A DNA stretch of 64,000 bases from Candidatus Bathyarchaeia archaeon. GTDB lineage: Archaea > Thermoproteota > Bathyarchaeia > Bathyarchaeales > DTEX01. The notes under the pieces were generated by a model. The model saw only the letters and a list, made by a program, of their open reading frames with translations. It was not told the DNA's origin and ran no database searches. Location of the stretch: NCBI GenBank assembly GCA_038897035.1, contig JAWAXF010000003.1, positions 64,064 through 128,063 on the forward strand, written 5' to 3'. This document shows positions 1-10,637 of this stretch, piece by piece. The number at the start of each line of letters is the position of its first letter. Position 1 is the first letter of the stretch. Both the position numbers and the translations under genes were made by a program.

Positions 1-537
1 GAGGTTAAGGTTAAAGTCAGGCTTGATGGAGCCGGTTCCTCAAGCGTCAGCACCGGCATATCATTCCTGGATCACATGCTTAGGTCCCTGGCAACCCACA
101 GCCTAATCGACATGACAGTGGAGGCTAGAGGCGACCTAAGCCATCACATTATTGAGGATGTGGCCATATGCCTGGGCGAGGCGATGAGGAGGGCTATAGG
201 CGAAGCCGCTGGCATAAGGAGGTTCGGGTACGCTATAGTCCCAATGGACTGCTCATTGGCCATCGCCGCAGTAGACATATCCAACAGGCCTTACCCAAAA
301 ATAGATCTTAAGCTTGAGGGCAAGGTTGTCGAGGATATGCGGTGCGAGGACATATACCACTTCATGGAGACCTTGGCAAACTCCCTGAGGACGAACATAC
401 ACATTCTAGTCCAGTATGGATCGAATGATCACCATAAGGTTGAGGCAGCCTTCAAGGCCCTCGCCCTATCCCTGAGGCAGGCAGTCTCAATAGATGTTAA
501 GAGGGTCGGTGTGCCGAGCTCGAAGGGCGTCATTTAG
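1..537 (+). CDS. hisB: Imidazoleglycerol-phosphate dehydratase (5' end outside window)
   Basis: Frame 1 is open from base 1 (EVKVKVRLDGAGSSSVSTGISFLDHMLRSLATH...). The FLDHML and GSNDHHKVEAAFKALA motifs are typical of IGPD. It sits upstream of hisA/hisF. Confidence 0.9.
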   Translation, partial: EVKVKVRLDGAGSSSVSTGISFLDHMLRSLATHSLIDMTVEARGDLSHHIIEDVAICLGEAMRRAIGEAAGIRRFGYAIVPMDCSLAIAAVDISNRPYPKIDLKLEGKVVEDMRCEDIYHFMETLANSLRTNIHILVQYGSNDHHKVEAAFKALALSLRQAVSIDVKRVGVPSSKGVI

Positions 538-568
538 CATGTTGACAACTGGCTAAGCTCTAATTTGG

Positions 569-1297
569 GTGTTGCCGTTGTTGGTCATTCCCTCCGTAGA
601 TCTGATGAGCGGTAAGGTTGCCAGGCTGTTGCGTGGCGACCCTAAGCATGCATGGTTCTACGAGCACTTCGGGAACCCCGTGGCCGTCGCTAAGAGGTGG
701 GAGTCTGAGGGCGCGCAGCTAATCCACATAGTTGACCTAGACGCGGCTCTCAGAAGGGGCGACAATATGATGGTTATAGCCGAGATAATTCGAGCCTTAA
801 ACGTTCCGGTGCAGGTTGGTGGCGGAATAAGGAGTATCACACGGGCGCGCCAGATAATCGACCTCGGAGCTAGGAGAATTGTTATTGGATCGATGGCTTT
901 CAGGGATCCGGAGGCCTTCATGGCTCTTTTGGGGGAGATGGGGTCTGATAGAATTGTGGTTGCCTTAGACCACCTGGAGGGCGTCGTCATGATTGATGGC
1001 TGGCGTGAGGGGGCTGGGATAAGCCTTAGGGACGCTGCAGAAAGGTTCGTTAGTTTGGGTGTTAGGTTCCTCCTGGTGACGTCGGTTCAGCGCGATGGGT
1101 CTTTAGCCGGGCCGGATCTCGAGAACCTATCTAAGATTCTAGACCTAGGCGCTAATATAATTGCGTCCGGCGGAGTCAGAAACCTAGAGGACCTCGTATC
1201 CCTAAGAGATCTTGGCCTCTACGGGGTTATCGTCGGTAGGGCGCTCTACGAGGGGCGCCTAAGCCTAAGGGAATCTTTAAAAGTTACCTCTAAATGA
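569..1297 (+). CDS. hisA: ProFAR isomerase
   Basis: GTG start. PSVDLMSGKVARL, GGGIRS and ASGGV motifs of the HisA/HisF (beta/alpha)8 family. Lies between hisB and hisF. Confidence 0.9.
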   Translation: MLPLLVIPSVDLMSGKVARLLRGDPKHAWFYEHFGNPVAVAKRWESEGAQLIHIVDLDAALRRGDNMMVIAEIIRALNVPVQVGGGIRSITRARQIIDLGARRIVIGSMAFRDPEAFMALLGEMGSDRIVVALDHLEGVVMIDGWREGAGISLRDAAERFVSLGVRFLLVTSVQRDGSLAGPDLENLSKILDLGANIIASGGVRNLEDLVSLRDLGLYGVIVGRALYEGRLSLRESLKVTSK

Positions 1298-1322
1298 AAT
1301 ACTATTCTGTGGTGTCCCTAGA

Positions 1323-2126
1323 ATGGGTCAATTCAAGCGCATAATACCATGCCTAGACGTGGACCATGGAAGAGTCGTTAAGGGCATAAATTTCATAGGT
1401 CTTAGGGATGCCGGAGATCCGGTTGAGCTAGCTAGGCGATACCAGGAGGACGGCGCTGATGAGCTAGTCTTCCTCGACATAACGGCATCCGTTGAGAAGA
1501 GGAGCATACTAAAGGATGTTGTTAGGGCCGTTGCCTCAGAGATAGACATACCATTCACGGTTGGCGGGGGGATAAGGAGCCTAGAAGATGCCGAGGCAGT
1601 TTTATCCAGCGGGGCCGATAAGGTCTCCATCGGGACGGCTGCCGTTGAGAGACCGGACTTTATCAAGGACCTTGTTAGGATATTTGGCCCCCAAAGTGTG
1701 GTCTTAGCGATAGATGCGAAGAGGACATATGAGCGCAGGCCGAACAAAAATGTCATTGAAACACCTGATGGGCCATGTTGGTTTGAGGTATACACCTATG
1801 GAGGCCGTAAACCCACGGGGATGGATGCAATTAAGTGGGCCATTAGGGGCAAGGAGCTCGGCGCCGGAGAGATACTGCTTACTTCAATTGATAGAGATGG
1901 AACCGAGCTCGGATACGACATTGAGCTAACCAGAGGCGTGGCTGAGCGCGTCAATATACCTGTGGTAGCGAGCGGCGGGGCCGGTAGGCCGGAGCACTTC
2001 CTGGAAGCCCTCACGGCCGGTAAGGCTGATGGGGCATTAGCAGCCTCGGTCTTCCATTACAGCAAGTACCCAATACCCGTAGTCAAGAGGTTCCTTCATG
2101 AGAGGGGTGTACCAGTTAGACTATGA
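1323..2126 (+). CDS. hisF: Imidazole glycerol phosphate synthase, cyclase subunit
   Basis: IIPCLDV, VFLDITAS, GGGIRS, SIDRDGT and ASGGAG motifs. Confidence 0.93.
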   Translation: MGQFKRIIPCLDVDHGRVVKGINFIGLRDAGDPVELARRYQEDGADELVFLDITASVEKRSILKDVVRAVASEIDIPFTVGGGIRSLEDAEAVLSSGADKVSIGTAAVERPDFIKDLVRIFGPQSVVLAIDAKRTYERRPNKNVIETPDGPCWFEVYTYGGRKPTGMDAIKWAIRGKELGAGEILLTSIDRDGTELGYDIELTRGVAERVNIPVVASGGAGRPEHFLEALTAGKADGALAASVFHYSKYPIPVVKRFLHERGVPVRL

Positions 2127-2497
2127 AGATCCTGAAGAATGTGAATCTAAGTGAGCTGAATTTCGAGAAGGGTGAGGGTATACTCCCAGTCGTAGTTCAG
2201 GAGGAGGGCACCGGGAGGATTTTAACTCTGGCCTACGTGAATAAGGAGGCCGTCCAAAAGACCATCGAGACCGGGTACGCACACTATTATAGGCGCTCTC
2301 ATGGAAGGGTCATGATGAAAGGCGAGACTTCCGGAAACGTTCAGGAGGTCGTGGATATACTTGTTGACTGCGACCTAGACGCGGTGCTGTATGTTGTTAG
2401 GCCTGGGGGGCCCGCATGCCACCTAGGTGAGGAGACATGCTTTCACAATAGGTTAAAAGAGGCTGAGAACCTTAAAAGAGAACCCAGATCAACTTAA
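2123..2497 (+). CDS. hisI: Phosphoribosyl-AMP cyclohydrolase
   Basis: ATGA overlap with hisF. Contains SGNVQEVVDILVDCDLDAVLYVV...GPACHLGEETCF, the HisI Cys/His metal site. Confidence 0.88.
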   Translation: MKILKNVNLSELNFEKGEGILPVVVQEEGTGRILTLAYVNKEAVQKTIETGYAHYYRRSHGRVMMKGETSGNVQEVVDILVDCDLDAVLYVVRPGGPACHLGEETCFHNRLKEAENLKREPRST

Positions 2498-3459
2498 GAG
2501 GTTTCTATTCTCGTCTCCTCGCGCCTTCTCCCCTTAACTAGACCAATTATCTTGCAGAAGTGGCATGCCGCGCCCTTTAGCGATGTTGGCATGCCGCAGA
2601 TCGGGCAATCATATATTTCGGTCTCCTCCTGATCCCTTAAGGCCCGCTCTAATAGCGGTAATATCCTCTTGTAATGGGAGCTTAGGAACGTATGTTTGAA
2701 GTTTGGTATCCTCTCCACTATAATGTTCAGTAGTTCCTTCCGTCTAATCGACCTGGATCCGCGGGAGAATTGGCAGTCAAGGGTTCTCACGGGCAGCCCC
2801 CTATACTCGGCATAGAGGTGGCACTCCAGGTCGGTCAATCCTATCAGAGGCTTTATTTTAGGCACTATCTTAGGATGAGTTTTGGGCAGGTATGGCTTAA
2901 GCCTAACGAGGGACTTAACGTTCCCCTCTATGTAGAAGTTAAGTAGCGCCTCGACAGTATCATCTAGGTTATGCCCAGTGGCTATCTTCGTTAACCCCAA
3001 ATCATACGCTATCTTGTTAAAGAGGTAGCGCTTTATCGCGCCGCACGCCGAGCATGGTTTTCTGCCGTAAATCGTATACTTAATGCTCTCCATCGTGAAC
3101 CCCAGCTCCCTCTCCAAGCTATAAACCACAAGATCCTCACTAAGCATCTCGGCTAGCTCCTCAACCTTCTCTAGGCAGTGCTTAGAATACTCCGGCAGGC
3201 CGAGGTCTATATATATTAGAGTCATGTCCAGCTCCTCATAGAGTCCTCTTAGGATGTATGCCAAGCTTGAGCTGTCTTTTCCGCCGGAGACGGCTACCCC
3301 AAGCTTATCCTCCTTGGAAATCATCTTGTATGTCTCAACTGTATTCTTCACTCTTCTTTCCGTTAGGAGGACGAAGCAGTCTGGGCATAGGCTCAGATTT
3401 GAGTGGGCTAGGTAAACCTCAGCCCTATTCACACCGCACCTCCTACACTCAGGAGCCAC
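2494..3459 (-). CDS. PP-loop ATPase, TtuA/Ncs6 tRNA 2-thiolation family
   Basis: SGGKDS PP-loop, N-terminal CRRCG...CPDCF and C-terminal CPICG...CHFCK zinc fingers. The track ORF runs to 3723, but the extra 88 aa are low-complexity. The paralog at 14022-14948 starts 3 aa before its first Cys, and the GTG at 3459 (preceded by GGGGAG) gives the same architecture. Confidence 0.75.
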   Translation of the reverse strand: MAPECRRCGVNRAEVYLAHSNLSLCPDCFVLLTERRVKNTVETYKMISKEDKLGVAVSGGKDSSSLAYILRGLYEELDMTLIYIDLGLPEYSKHCLEKVEELAEMLSEDLVVYSLERELGFTMESIKYTIYGRKPCSACGAIKRYLFNKIAYDLGLTKIATGHNLDDTVEALLNFYIEGNVKSLVRLKPYLPKTHPKIVPKIKPLIGLTDLECHLYAEYRGLPVRTLDCQFSRGSRSIRRKELLNIIVERIPNFKHTFLSSHYKRILPLLERALRDQEETEIYDCPICGMPTSLKGAACHFCKIIGLVKGRRREETRIETS

Positions 3460-3559
3460 ATCTCTCCCCCAGAAACTTTCTGACCTATCCTTCAAGAGAT
3501 AAGCTATCGTGATTAATCTATGCTTTTCGTAATAACGTTTTCCTCGAGGGCATGCATTA

Positions 3560-3748
3560 ATGCTCTTTAAGAGCGCCTTTTCTATGTGTAACTTCTCATG
3601 GATGAATTTAAGGGAGATTTTGAATTCTATTCTTAGGCAAAACCTAGTTAATGTTGTTATAGAGGATAGCTGGAGACTATATAGGTTGACGGAGAGGGGC
3701 CGTGGGGTCCTAGAATACTTCAATAAAGCTCAAATACTCCTGCCATGA
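3560..3748 (+). CDS. Possible small winged-helix protein (62 aa)
   Basis: GAGGG lies 9 nt upstream of the ATG. The C-terminal LRQNLVNVVIEDSWRLYRLTERGRGVLEYF looks like a recognition helix plus wing. It is antisense only to the doubtful 5' extension of the neighbouring ORF. Confidence 0.3.
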   Translation: MLFKSAFSMCNFSWMNLREILNSILRQNLVNVVIEDSWRLYRLTERGRGVLEYFNKAQILLP

Positions 3749-4101
3749 GCAGGGGAGGAAGAAGGGTTCCGCGTAGATTTTTTACTTTTATTTACAAGAC
3801 AACTCTAATTCTTCTTCCTAAAAGCAAACTCCACAGTCTCCATAACATCGCTCATCGAGAGAAGACCCCTTAACTTCTTCACCACTAAGGACCAATGTTT
3901 CCATATAATCACCAGCGACAAGAAAATTAAACTTAGGATTTTATTTACCTAAATCATGTTTATATTTAAAGTTTATGGCCAACCTTTATAAGATATTTGG
4001 CCGACGAGTAACCTCTTTGTAATCGCCTCAAATGTGGACCGAGTAACAGATAAATTTTATCTGAATTAAGGTGGAGATTAGAGGGGAGGTTAAAGATTAA
4101 C

Positions 4102-4800
4102 TTGGGTTTAAGGGTCTGCGTTCCTGTTCCGGCTAGAGATTTTCGGGAACTCGCTAGCCTGATCCGTGAGGCTGAGAGTAGTGGTGCCGATCTAGTTGAG
4201 GTTCGGCTGGATTATATGGGCGAGGGCCTGCTGGAGAATATTGATCACCTTAGAGATATTGTTGAAGCCTGCTCAGTTCCCATGATAGCAACTAATAGGC
4301 ATAGGGGGCAGGGCGGTGTTTGCATGCTGGATGAGGAGCTCAGGGTTGAGTCGCTACTAAGAGCGGCCGAGATCGGCTTTGACCATGTAGACGTAGAATT
4401 GGACACGCGGGGCCTCCATGAAATTGTTAGCCACATTAAGGCTTACGGCGCTAAGGTAATAGTCTCCCATCATACCTTTACTCATACGCCCTCCACGGAG
4501 GAGCTGGAGGAGACTGTTAGGAGGGAGGTTAAAGCCGGCGCTGACATATGTAAGGTGGTTACCATGGCGAATAGCCTAGCCGATAGCGTTAGATCCCTAG
4601 TCTTCACGTATGAGATGAGCCGGAGGGTTAGCCTGGTCTGTTTCGCTATGGGCGAGAGGGGGCTACCATCGAGGGTTCTATCTCCCATCTTCGGAGCATC
4701 TTTCACATACGCATCACTTGGAAGGGGCCTTGAGACAGCCCCCGGCCAGATAGCAATTCATGAGATGAGGGAGATCTATAGGAGGATGAGGCTAGAGTGA
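4102..4800 (+). CDS. aroD: 3-dehydroquinate dehydratase, type I
   Basis: TTG start. VEVRLDY, ATNRH and ADICKVVTMA (Schiff-base Lys region). First gene of the aro operon. Confidence 0.85.
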   Translation: MGLRVCVPVPARDFRELASLIREAESSGADLVEVRLDYMGEGLLENIDHLRDIVEACSVPMIATNRHRGQGGVCMLDEELRVESLLRAAEIGFDHVDVELDTRGLHEIVSHIKAYGAKVIVSHHTFTHTPSTEELEETVRREVKAGADICKVVTMANSLADSVRSLVFTYEMSRRVSLVCFAMGERGLPSRVLSPIFGASFTYASLGRGLETAPGQIAIHEMREIYRRMRLE

Positions 4801-5666
4801 TTGGAGTTACTGGTAAAACAAGGATCTGCGCCCTAATAGGCTATCCAGTTGAGCATTCACTGAGCCCGATAATGCATAATGCTGCCTTCCAGCACCTCGG
4901 CCTAGACTACATATACGTGGCATTCAACGTCCCCCCAGAGAGACTCAGGGAGGCCATTTCTGGAATAAGGGGCCTAGGCATCTGCGGGGTGAACGTGACG
5001 ATGCCCCATAAAATAAGTGTAATAAAGTATCTTGATGATCTTGACGAGGACGCTAGGCTCGCTGGCTCAGTAAATACCATACTAAACAGAGGAGGACGGC
5101 TCATAGGGTATACAACCGACGGCTTAGGCGCGCTCAATGCACTAAAGTACGCTGGATCCAACCCCCTTGGAAGGAAGGTTGTTATCCTGGGGGCTGGCGG
5201 CGCCTCCAGATCAATATCCCTTGCGCTAGCCAACTACGCCCGGGAGCTAGTTATTCTAAATAGGACGCCGGAGAAGGCTGAGGACCTTGTAGACGAGTTA
5301 AAAAGAATTTATGGCTCGACAAGTATTAGGGCCGGCCCCCTCTCCGAGTGGGTCTTGGAAGAGGAGTTAAAGGATGCCGACATACTGGTAAACGCGACGT
5401 CGGTTGGCATGAGACCGAACATAGACGAAATCCCTGTTAAAAGGGAGCTACTTCACGGGAACTTAACGGTATTTGATATAGTTTATGATCCACTTGAGAC
5501 GAGGCTCCTTAGAGAAGCCAGATCTGTTGGCGCGAAGACTGTTGATGGCCTCTCGATGCTGGTTCATCAGGGCGCATTGTCCTTTGAGATATGGACTGGC
5601 GTCAAGGCCCCGATAGAGGTTATGAGGGAGACTGCCCTAAAGAAGATTATGGAGAAGGAGCATTGA
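4797..5666 (+). CDS. aroE: Shikimate 5-dehydrogenase
   Basis: HSLSPIMHNAAF, NVTMPHK, TDG and GAGGASR motifs. 4-nt overlap with aroD. Confidence 0.92.
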   Translation: MIGVTGKTRICALIGYPVEHSLSPIMHNAAFQHLGLDYIYVAFNVPPERLREAISGIRGLGICGVNVTMPHKISVIKYLDDLDEDARLAGSVNTILNRGGRLIGYTTDGLGALNALKYAGSNPLGRKVVILGAGGASRSISLALANYARELVILNRTPEKAEDLVDELKRIYGSTSIRAGPLSEWVLEEELKDADILVNATSVGMRPNIDEIPVKRELLHGNLTVFDIVYDPLETRLLREARSVGAKTVDGLSMLVHQGALSFEIWTGVKAPIEVMRETALKKIMEKEH

Positions 5667-5676
5667 GGTGTAATCT

Positions 5677-6546
5677 TTGGCGAGGGTTGGGCGGGCAGTT
5701 GCGTATGGGGCTGTAACAATAATTAATGCGATATCCTGTGGCCTAGGCGCGGCTCTGGGGATAAACCTTTGGACCGAGGCCAGGGTTAAGCTCACGAATG
5801 AGCCCGGCAGGATTGAGGGCAGGATCCTCACAGACCCATCCGAGAGTCCAATCCTGATTGAGAAGGTTGTCTGCCGCGTTTTAAGGCATTTTGGTGCTGA
5901 GGATAAGTATGGGGCCTATGTTGAGACGGAGTCGATTATCCCCATAGCGCGTGGACTAAAGAGCAGTAGTGCTGCCGCCAATGCAATAGCCCTCGCAACA
6001 GTCTCCGCGTTAGGCGGGGAGATAGACGATTTAACGGCAATAAACATCGGCGTAGATGCATCTATCGAGGCTGGCGTAACCATCACAGGAGCCTTCGACG
6101 ACGCATGCGCCTCATACTTAGGAAATGTAGTCATAACAGACAATATAGAAAGAAAGATTCTACGCATCTTTCAGCCGGAAGAAGACTACGCTGTACTAAT
6201 ACATGTCCCGCCGAAAAAAGCCTACACAGCCGAGTCAGACGTTAATAGGATGAGGACAATAGCCCATGAGATAAGAGCCCTCCACAGGATGGCCCTCTCC
6301 GGGGACTATTGGCGCGCCATGACCCTTAACGGCTTAGCCTACTCGGCGGTTTTAGGATACGATCCAAGCATAGCCATAGATGCATTAGCCAATGGCGCGA
6401 TAGCCGCGGGCCTCTCAGGCAAGGGCCCAGCCGTGGCCGCGGTCGTTCCGAGGGATAGGGTTGACGATGTCCGGTCTATCTGGGGTAAGTATGGTGGCGA
6501 GGTGATAGAGGCTGGGATTAACCGCGGGAAGGCGCACCCAATATAG
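5677..6546 (+). CDS. Archaeal GHMP-type shikimate kinase
   Basis: GHMP motif PIARGLKSSSAAANA. Positioned between aroE and aroA, as in archaeal aro operons. Confidence 0.8.
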   Translation: MARVGRAVAYGAVTIINAISCGLGAALGINLWTEARVKLTNEPGRIEGRILTDPSESPILIEKVVCRVLRHFGAEDKYGAYVETESIIPIARGLKSSSAAANAIALATVSALGGEIDDLTAINIGVDASIEAGVTITGAFDDACASYLGNVVITDNIERKILRIFQPEEDYAVLIHVPPKKAYTAESDVNRMRTIAHEIRALHRMALSGDYWRAMTLNGLAYSAVLGYDPSIAIDALANGAIAAGLSGKGPAVAAVVPRDRVDDVRSIWGKYGGEVIEAGINRGKAHPI

Positions 6547-6564
6547 CGCATATGGTGGCCATTT

Positions 6565-7848
6565 ATGGTCAGGTTGATTATTAGGGGCGGGGCGGCGCTA
6601 AGCGGCTCCGTAAGGGCACCGCCCTCAAAGGCGCATACACATAGGGCTATAATAGCCTCATCTCTCTCACACGGCGAGTCATTGATCTATAACGCCCTTC
6701 TTTGCGACGATACCCTGGCGACGATAAACGCGTGTCGGATGCTTGGGGCCGAGATAACGGTCTTGGGCGATGGTGTCATAAGGGTCCGCGGCGAGCCAAG
6801 GCCTAAGACTCCGGATGACGTTATAGATTGCGGCGAGTCCGGCTCAACGATGCGTTTTATCACTCCGGTATGCGCTCTGGCGGAGGGCATCTCCGTTCTT
6901 ACTGGCGGCGAGAGCTTGAGGAGGAGGCCGATGGCGCCGCTCTTGGACGCGCTCGGCCAGCTTGGGGTTAGATGTTACTCGGCTAGGGGTGATGGTAGGC
7001 CTCCAATAATCGTCTTCGGAGGCGGGATTAGGGGTGGGAGGGCTGAGATTAGGGGAGACGTAAGCTCACAGTTCATCTCAGGCCTACTATTTGCGACTCC
7101 AATGGCCCAAAGTGACACGCATATATACCTCTTAACGCCCCTCGAATCTAAGCCCTATGTGGATATAACAGTGGATATCCTTATGAGACATGGTGTAAAG
7201 ACAGTTTCGTCCGGAAGCCTATTCTATGTGCCCTCGGGGCAGGAGTATAAGCCCTATAACCATGATATTGAAGGCGATTACTCCTCAGCAGCCTTCCCCC
7301 TCGCGGCGGCCGCCGTAACCGGGTCTCATATTAGGGTCAAGAACCTATTAAGGGATAGCCTTCAAGGGGATCGAAGGATTATTAGAATACTCAGTGATAT
7401 GGGGGCTATAGTAGATGTCGGCCCAGATTATGTGGAGGTTATGGGCGTTGAGGGCCACCTAAAACCAATTAATGTTGACATGAGGGATAACCCGGATTTG
7501 GTCCCGGTCTGCGTTGTCCTAGCATGCTTCGCTGATGGCGAGTCTACGATAGGCGGCGTTAGGAGACTTAGGTTCAAGGAGTCTGATAGGGTTGAGGCCC
7601 TGCTAAGCGAGCTAACGAAGATGGGTGCTGATATAAAGGCTTTAGGCGAATCTCTAATTATCCATGGCGGTGTCCGCCTCCATGGCGTGGAGATAGACCC
7701 CCATAGAGACCATAGAATAGCGATGGCCTGCGCTGTCGCAGCCCTCGGAGCTAAGGGCGAGACAATTATACATGACGCCGAATGTATAAGTAAGTCTTAC
7801 CCAAATTTCATTAGGGATATGCGTCTACTCGGGGCGGATATTATTTGA
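6565..7848 (+). CDS. aroA: 3-phosphoshikimate 1-carboxyvinyltransferase (EPSP synthase)
   Basis: 427 aa. PPSKAHTHR, ESGSTMRF, LRRRPM and FKESDR motifs. Confidence 0.92.
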   Translation: MVRLIIRGGAALSGSVRAPPSKAHTHRAIIASSLSHGESLIYNALLCDDTLATINACRMLGAEITVLGDGVIRVRGEPRPKTPDDVIDCGESGSTMRFITPVCALAEGISVLTGGESLRRRPMAPLLDALGQLGVRCYSARGDGRPPIIVFGGGIRGGRAEIRGDVSSQFISGLLFATPMAQSDTHIYLLTPLESKPYVDITVDILMRHGVKTVSSGSLFYVPSGQEYKPYNHDIEGDYSSAAFPLAAAAVTGSHIRVKNLLRDSLQGDRRIIRILSDMGAIVDVGPDYVEVMGVEGHLKPINVDMRDNPDLVPVCVVLACFADGESTIGGVRRLRFKESDRVEALLSELTKMGADIKALGESLIIHGGVRLHGVEIDPHRDHRIAMACAVAALGAKGETIIHDAECISKSYPNFIRDMRLLGADII

Positions 7849-8948
7849 ATGGTAACTCGATAGGCAAGGCGCTTGTACTAACATGCTTTGGCGAGAGCCA
7901 TGGATTATGTATAGGGGCGGTCCTAGACGGCTGCCCCGCAGGTCTCCCCCTAAACGAGGCGGATATACAGGCCGAGCTCGATAAGAGGAGGCCAGGCCTC
8001 TCTGAGGTGACATCGCCCAGGAGGGAGGAGGATAGGGTTGAGATCCTCTCAGGCATCTATAGGGGCTACACCACCGGCGCGCCCATATGCATGATCGTCA
8101 GGAACATGGATGTCGACTCTAGGCCCTACGAGTCCGTTATGGTTAGGCCTAGGCCGGGGCACGCGGACTACACGGCTAGGGTGAAATACGGCGGCTTTAA
8201 TGATCCGCGCGGTGGTGGAAGGTTCTCGGGTAGGGTGACTGCAGCCTACATTATGGCTGGCGCGATCGCGAAGAAGCTCCTAAGCCTAATTGGCGTTGAG
8301 GTCCTGGCCCATACAGTGCAGATTGGTGGTGTTAGGGTTGAACGTGAGGTGTCATATGACGAGATTAGAAGGAACGTTTATATGAACCCCGTTAGGTGCG
8401 CTGTGCCGGAGGATGCTGAGAGGATGATTGAGGAGGTCCTTAGGGCCGCTAGGGAGGGCGATAGCGTTGGCGGCATAGTTGAAGGAATAGCGCTGAACGT
8501 CCCGGCGGGGTTGGGTGAGCCGATATTCGACTCGCTGGACTCGGACATAGCTAAGATGCTATTTGATATTCCGGCCGTTAAGGGCGTCGAGTTCGGGGCT
8601 GGCTTTAGGGCTGCCTTGATGAGGGGCTCTGAGGCCAACGATCAGTATGCAATAAAGGAGGGGAAAATTATTACGCTGACAAATAATGCTGGCGGCATAG
8701 TTGGCGGGCTGTCTAATGGCATGCCGATTAAGCTTAGGGTTGCGTTTAAGCCAACACCGTCAATATCTAAAAGGCAGAGAACAGTGAACCTGGAGACGAC
8801 GAGTGAGGAGGAAATTCAGATCACTGGGAGACACGACCCCTGCATAGTCCCAAGGGCCGTACCCGTCGTCGAAGCATGTCTCGCATTCGTGTTGGCAGAT
8901 CACGCTCTTAGGGCTGGAAAAATACCAAGAGTAATCAAGAGTTTCTAG
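7845..8948 (+). CDS. aroC: Chorismate synthase
   Basis: FGESHG, RPGHAD and GGGRFSGR motifs. 4-nt overlap with aroA. Confidence 0.93.
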   Translation: MNGNSIGKALVLTCFGESHGLCIGAVLDGCPAGLPLNEADIQAELDKRRPGLSEVTSPRREEDRVEILSGIYRGYTTGAPICMIVRNMDVDSRPYESVMVRPRPGHADYTARVKYGGFNDPRGGGRFSGRVTAAYIMAGAIAKKLLSLIGVEVLAHTVQIGGVRVEREVSYDEIRRNVYMNPVRCAVPEDAERMIEEVLRAAREGDSVGGIVEGIALNVPAGLGEPIFDSLDSDIAKMLFDIPAVKGVEFGAGFRAALMRGSEANDQYAIKEGKIITLTNNAGGIVGGLSNGMPIKLRVAFKPTPSISKRQRTVNLETTSEEEIQITGRHDPCIVPRAVPVVEACLAFVLADHALRAGKIPRVIKSF

Positions 8949-9214
8949 GAAAAATTGATTGTATGCCGCATGCAAATCCTCTTGCCTATTTCTCACATTT
9001 TCTGAGCCTAGCCCTCTCCTCTCCCACCTTCATATTAAGCGCTTAGTTGCCCATCAATTCCTTTTTTGCTTGGTTCTAAACTCAATAATCTTCCTAGGAT
9101 AATATGGGCTTCATAAAAATATCCATTGGCTTTGTAATTTTAGCCTGACTTTTAACGCATAATCCGAATAAGAATCTTCTTTACTCTTTCGACAGTCTTT
9201 TCTCTCTTCACTAT

Positions 9215-10564
9215 CTATATTCCTCTTAGGCTTCTCTGCAGGTACTCTATGGCTTCTTTTACACTTTGGAATCCATATTTGATTTCGTCGTGTTCTCTTC
9301 TTAGGGCTATGACATCTTCTCTTACTTCTTCCGGTTTACGCTTGCCCTTAATTATGTCCAGCATTAGGTCACATAGGTATTTTACGTCGCTTTCCGTGAA
9401 GCCCCTTCTAGTTATCTCCTGGAAGCCTATTCTCAGTCCAGATGGGTTCTCCCGGTTATTCTGGTCATCGTATGGCAGTATATTCCTGTTTAGAATTATG
9501 TTTGCCCTTTCAAGGTCTTCGGCAATTTTCCCACCTCCGCCATACTCCCGCACGTCCACGGCCAGCTGATGCGACCTAGTAAAACTCTTCTTCTCCCCGA
9601 GAACTTTTAGGCCCCTCTCATAAAGGTATTGCCCAGCAACCTGCGCGTTCCTAACAGTCTGCCTGGCTAGGGTCTCGCCGAAAAGCTTCACTTCAAGCGC
9701 GGCTATGCCCGTTGCCGGGAGCCTTCCAAGGTGCGTATTAGATGTGCTCAGCGGGAATATCGCATACTGGACGCTCTTTATAGCCTTCTCCATCCACTCA
9801 TCCCTATTCTCAGCGAGGATCACGCCGCCCTGGGGCCCTGGAAAGGTCTTATGCGTTGATGCTGTTATGAAGTCAGCCCCCTCCCTCAGGGGATCCTGGA
9901 ACTCCCCACCGGCTATTAGCCCCAATACATGGGCTCCATCGTAGACTAGGTATGCACCGACCTCATGTGCAACCTCGCTTAGCTCCTTAACTGGATGCGG
10001 GAATAGGAATAGGCTTCCGCCCAACGTCACTATGCCAGGCTTAGCAGCCCTAATTATCTCAGCCGACCTATGTGGATCAATATTCATCTCATCAATATCA
10101 TATACCAGCTCTATGTTCTCCAGACCCAGAACCATGCCAGCTAGGCCCGTGTAGTCGTGAGATATGTGTGCTCCTGCACTGAGGGGCGCAACAACCATCT
10201 TCCTATTTTTAGTAGCCAGAGATATGCCCTTGAAGGCCGCTAGGTTTGCGTGGGTTCCGGAGACTAGGCGGACATCAGCCCAATTACACCTGAAAAGCCT
10301 CTTCATTAAGTCTGTTACGCAGTTCTCTATTACCGTGATGTATCTTTGCCCCTGATAATATCTCTTCTTGACGCGCCCCGCGAGGTCATTCTCTCCCTCA
10401 GCGTACCTGCACTCGAGATCCATCATCAGCTGTAGCATCTCCCTAACGGCCGGGGACTTTAGGCCCTCGCTGGCTATGAGGTTTATACACTCCTCGCCCC
10501 TGTACCTCTCATGCCTCTCGCTCGACTCAATAAGCTCAAGCGCTATTCTAAAGAACTCCTCCAT
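9215..10564 (-). CDS. glyA: Serine hydroxymethyltransferase
   Basis: PLP-lysine motif TASTHKTFPGPQGG, with full-length SHMT-like sequence. Confidence 0.9.
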   Translation of the reverse strand: MEEFFRIALELIESSERHERYRGEECINLIASEGLKSPAVREMLQLMMDLECRYAEGENDLAGRVKKRYYQGQRYITVIENCVTDLMKRLFRCNWADVRLVSGTHANLAAFKGISLATKNRKMVVAPLSAGAHISHDYTGLAGMVLGLENIELVYDIDEMNIDPHRSAEIIRAAKPGIVTLGGSLFLFPHPVKELSEVAHEVGAYLVYDGAHVLGLIAGGEFQDPLREGADFITASTHKTFPGPQGGVILAENRDEWMEKAIKSVQYAIFPLSTSNTHLGRLPATGIAALEVKLFGETLARQTVRNAQVAGQYLYERGLKVLGEKKSFTRSHQLAVDVREYGGGGKIAEDLERANIILNRNILPYDDQNNRENPSGLRIGFQEITRRGFTESDVKYLCDLMLDIIKGKRKPEEVREDVIALRREHDEIKYGFQSVKEAIEYLQRSLRGI

Positions 10565-10637
10565 GAAACCACCCCTCCCAAACGAATTTTAAAGAAGTTC
10601 TTCACGGGTATTTATACTTAGCCTTCAGCGGCCGTGG

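Noticed and set aside
3780-3960. Short minus-strand ORFs in the AT-rich gap upstream of aroD (e.g. a 27-aa Cys-rich peptide ...CYGDCGVCF)
   Set aside because: There is no start context or conservation evidence, and they are below any defensible length threshold.
4001-4052. Repeated CGAGTAAC octamer (about 4005 and 4041) upstream of the aro operon
   Set aside because: It is only an 8-mer occurring twice, which is weak statistical support. It is not reported as a regulatory feature.
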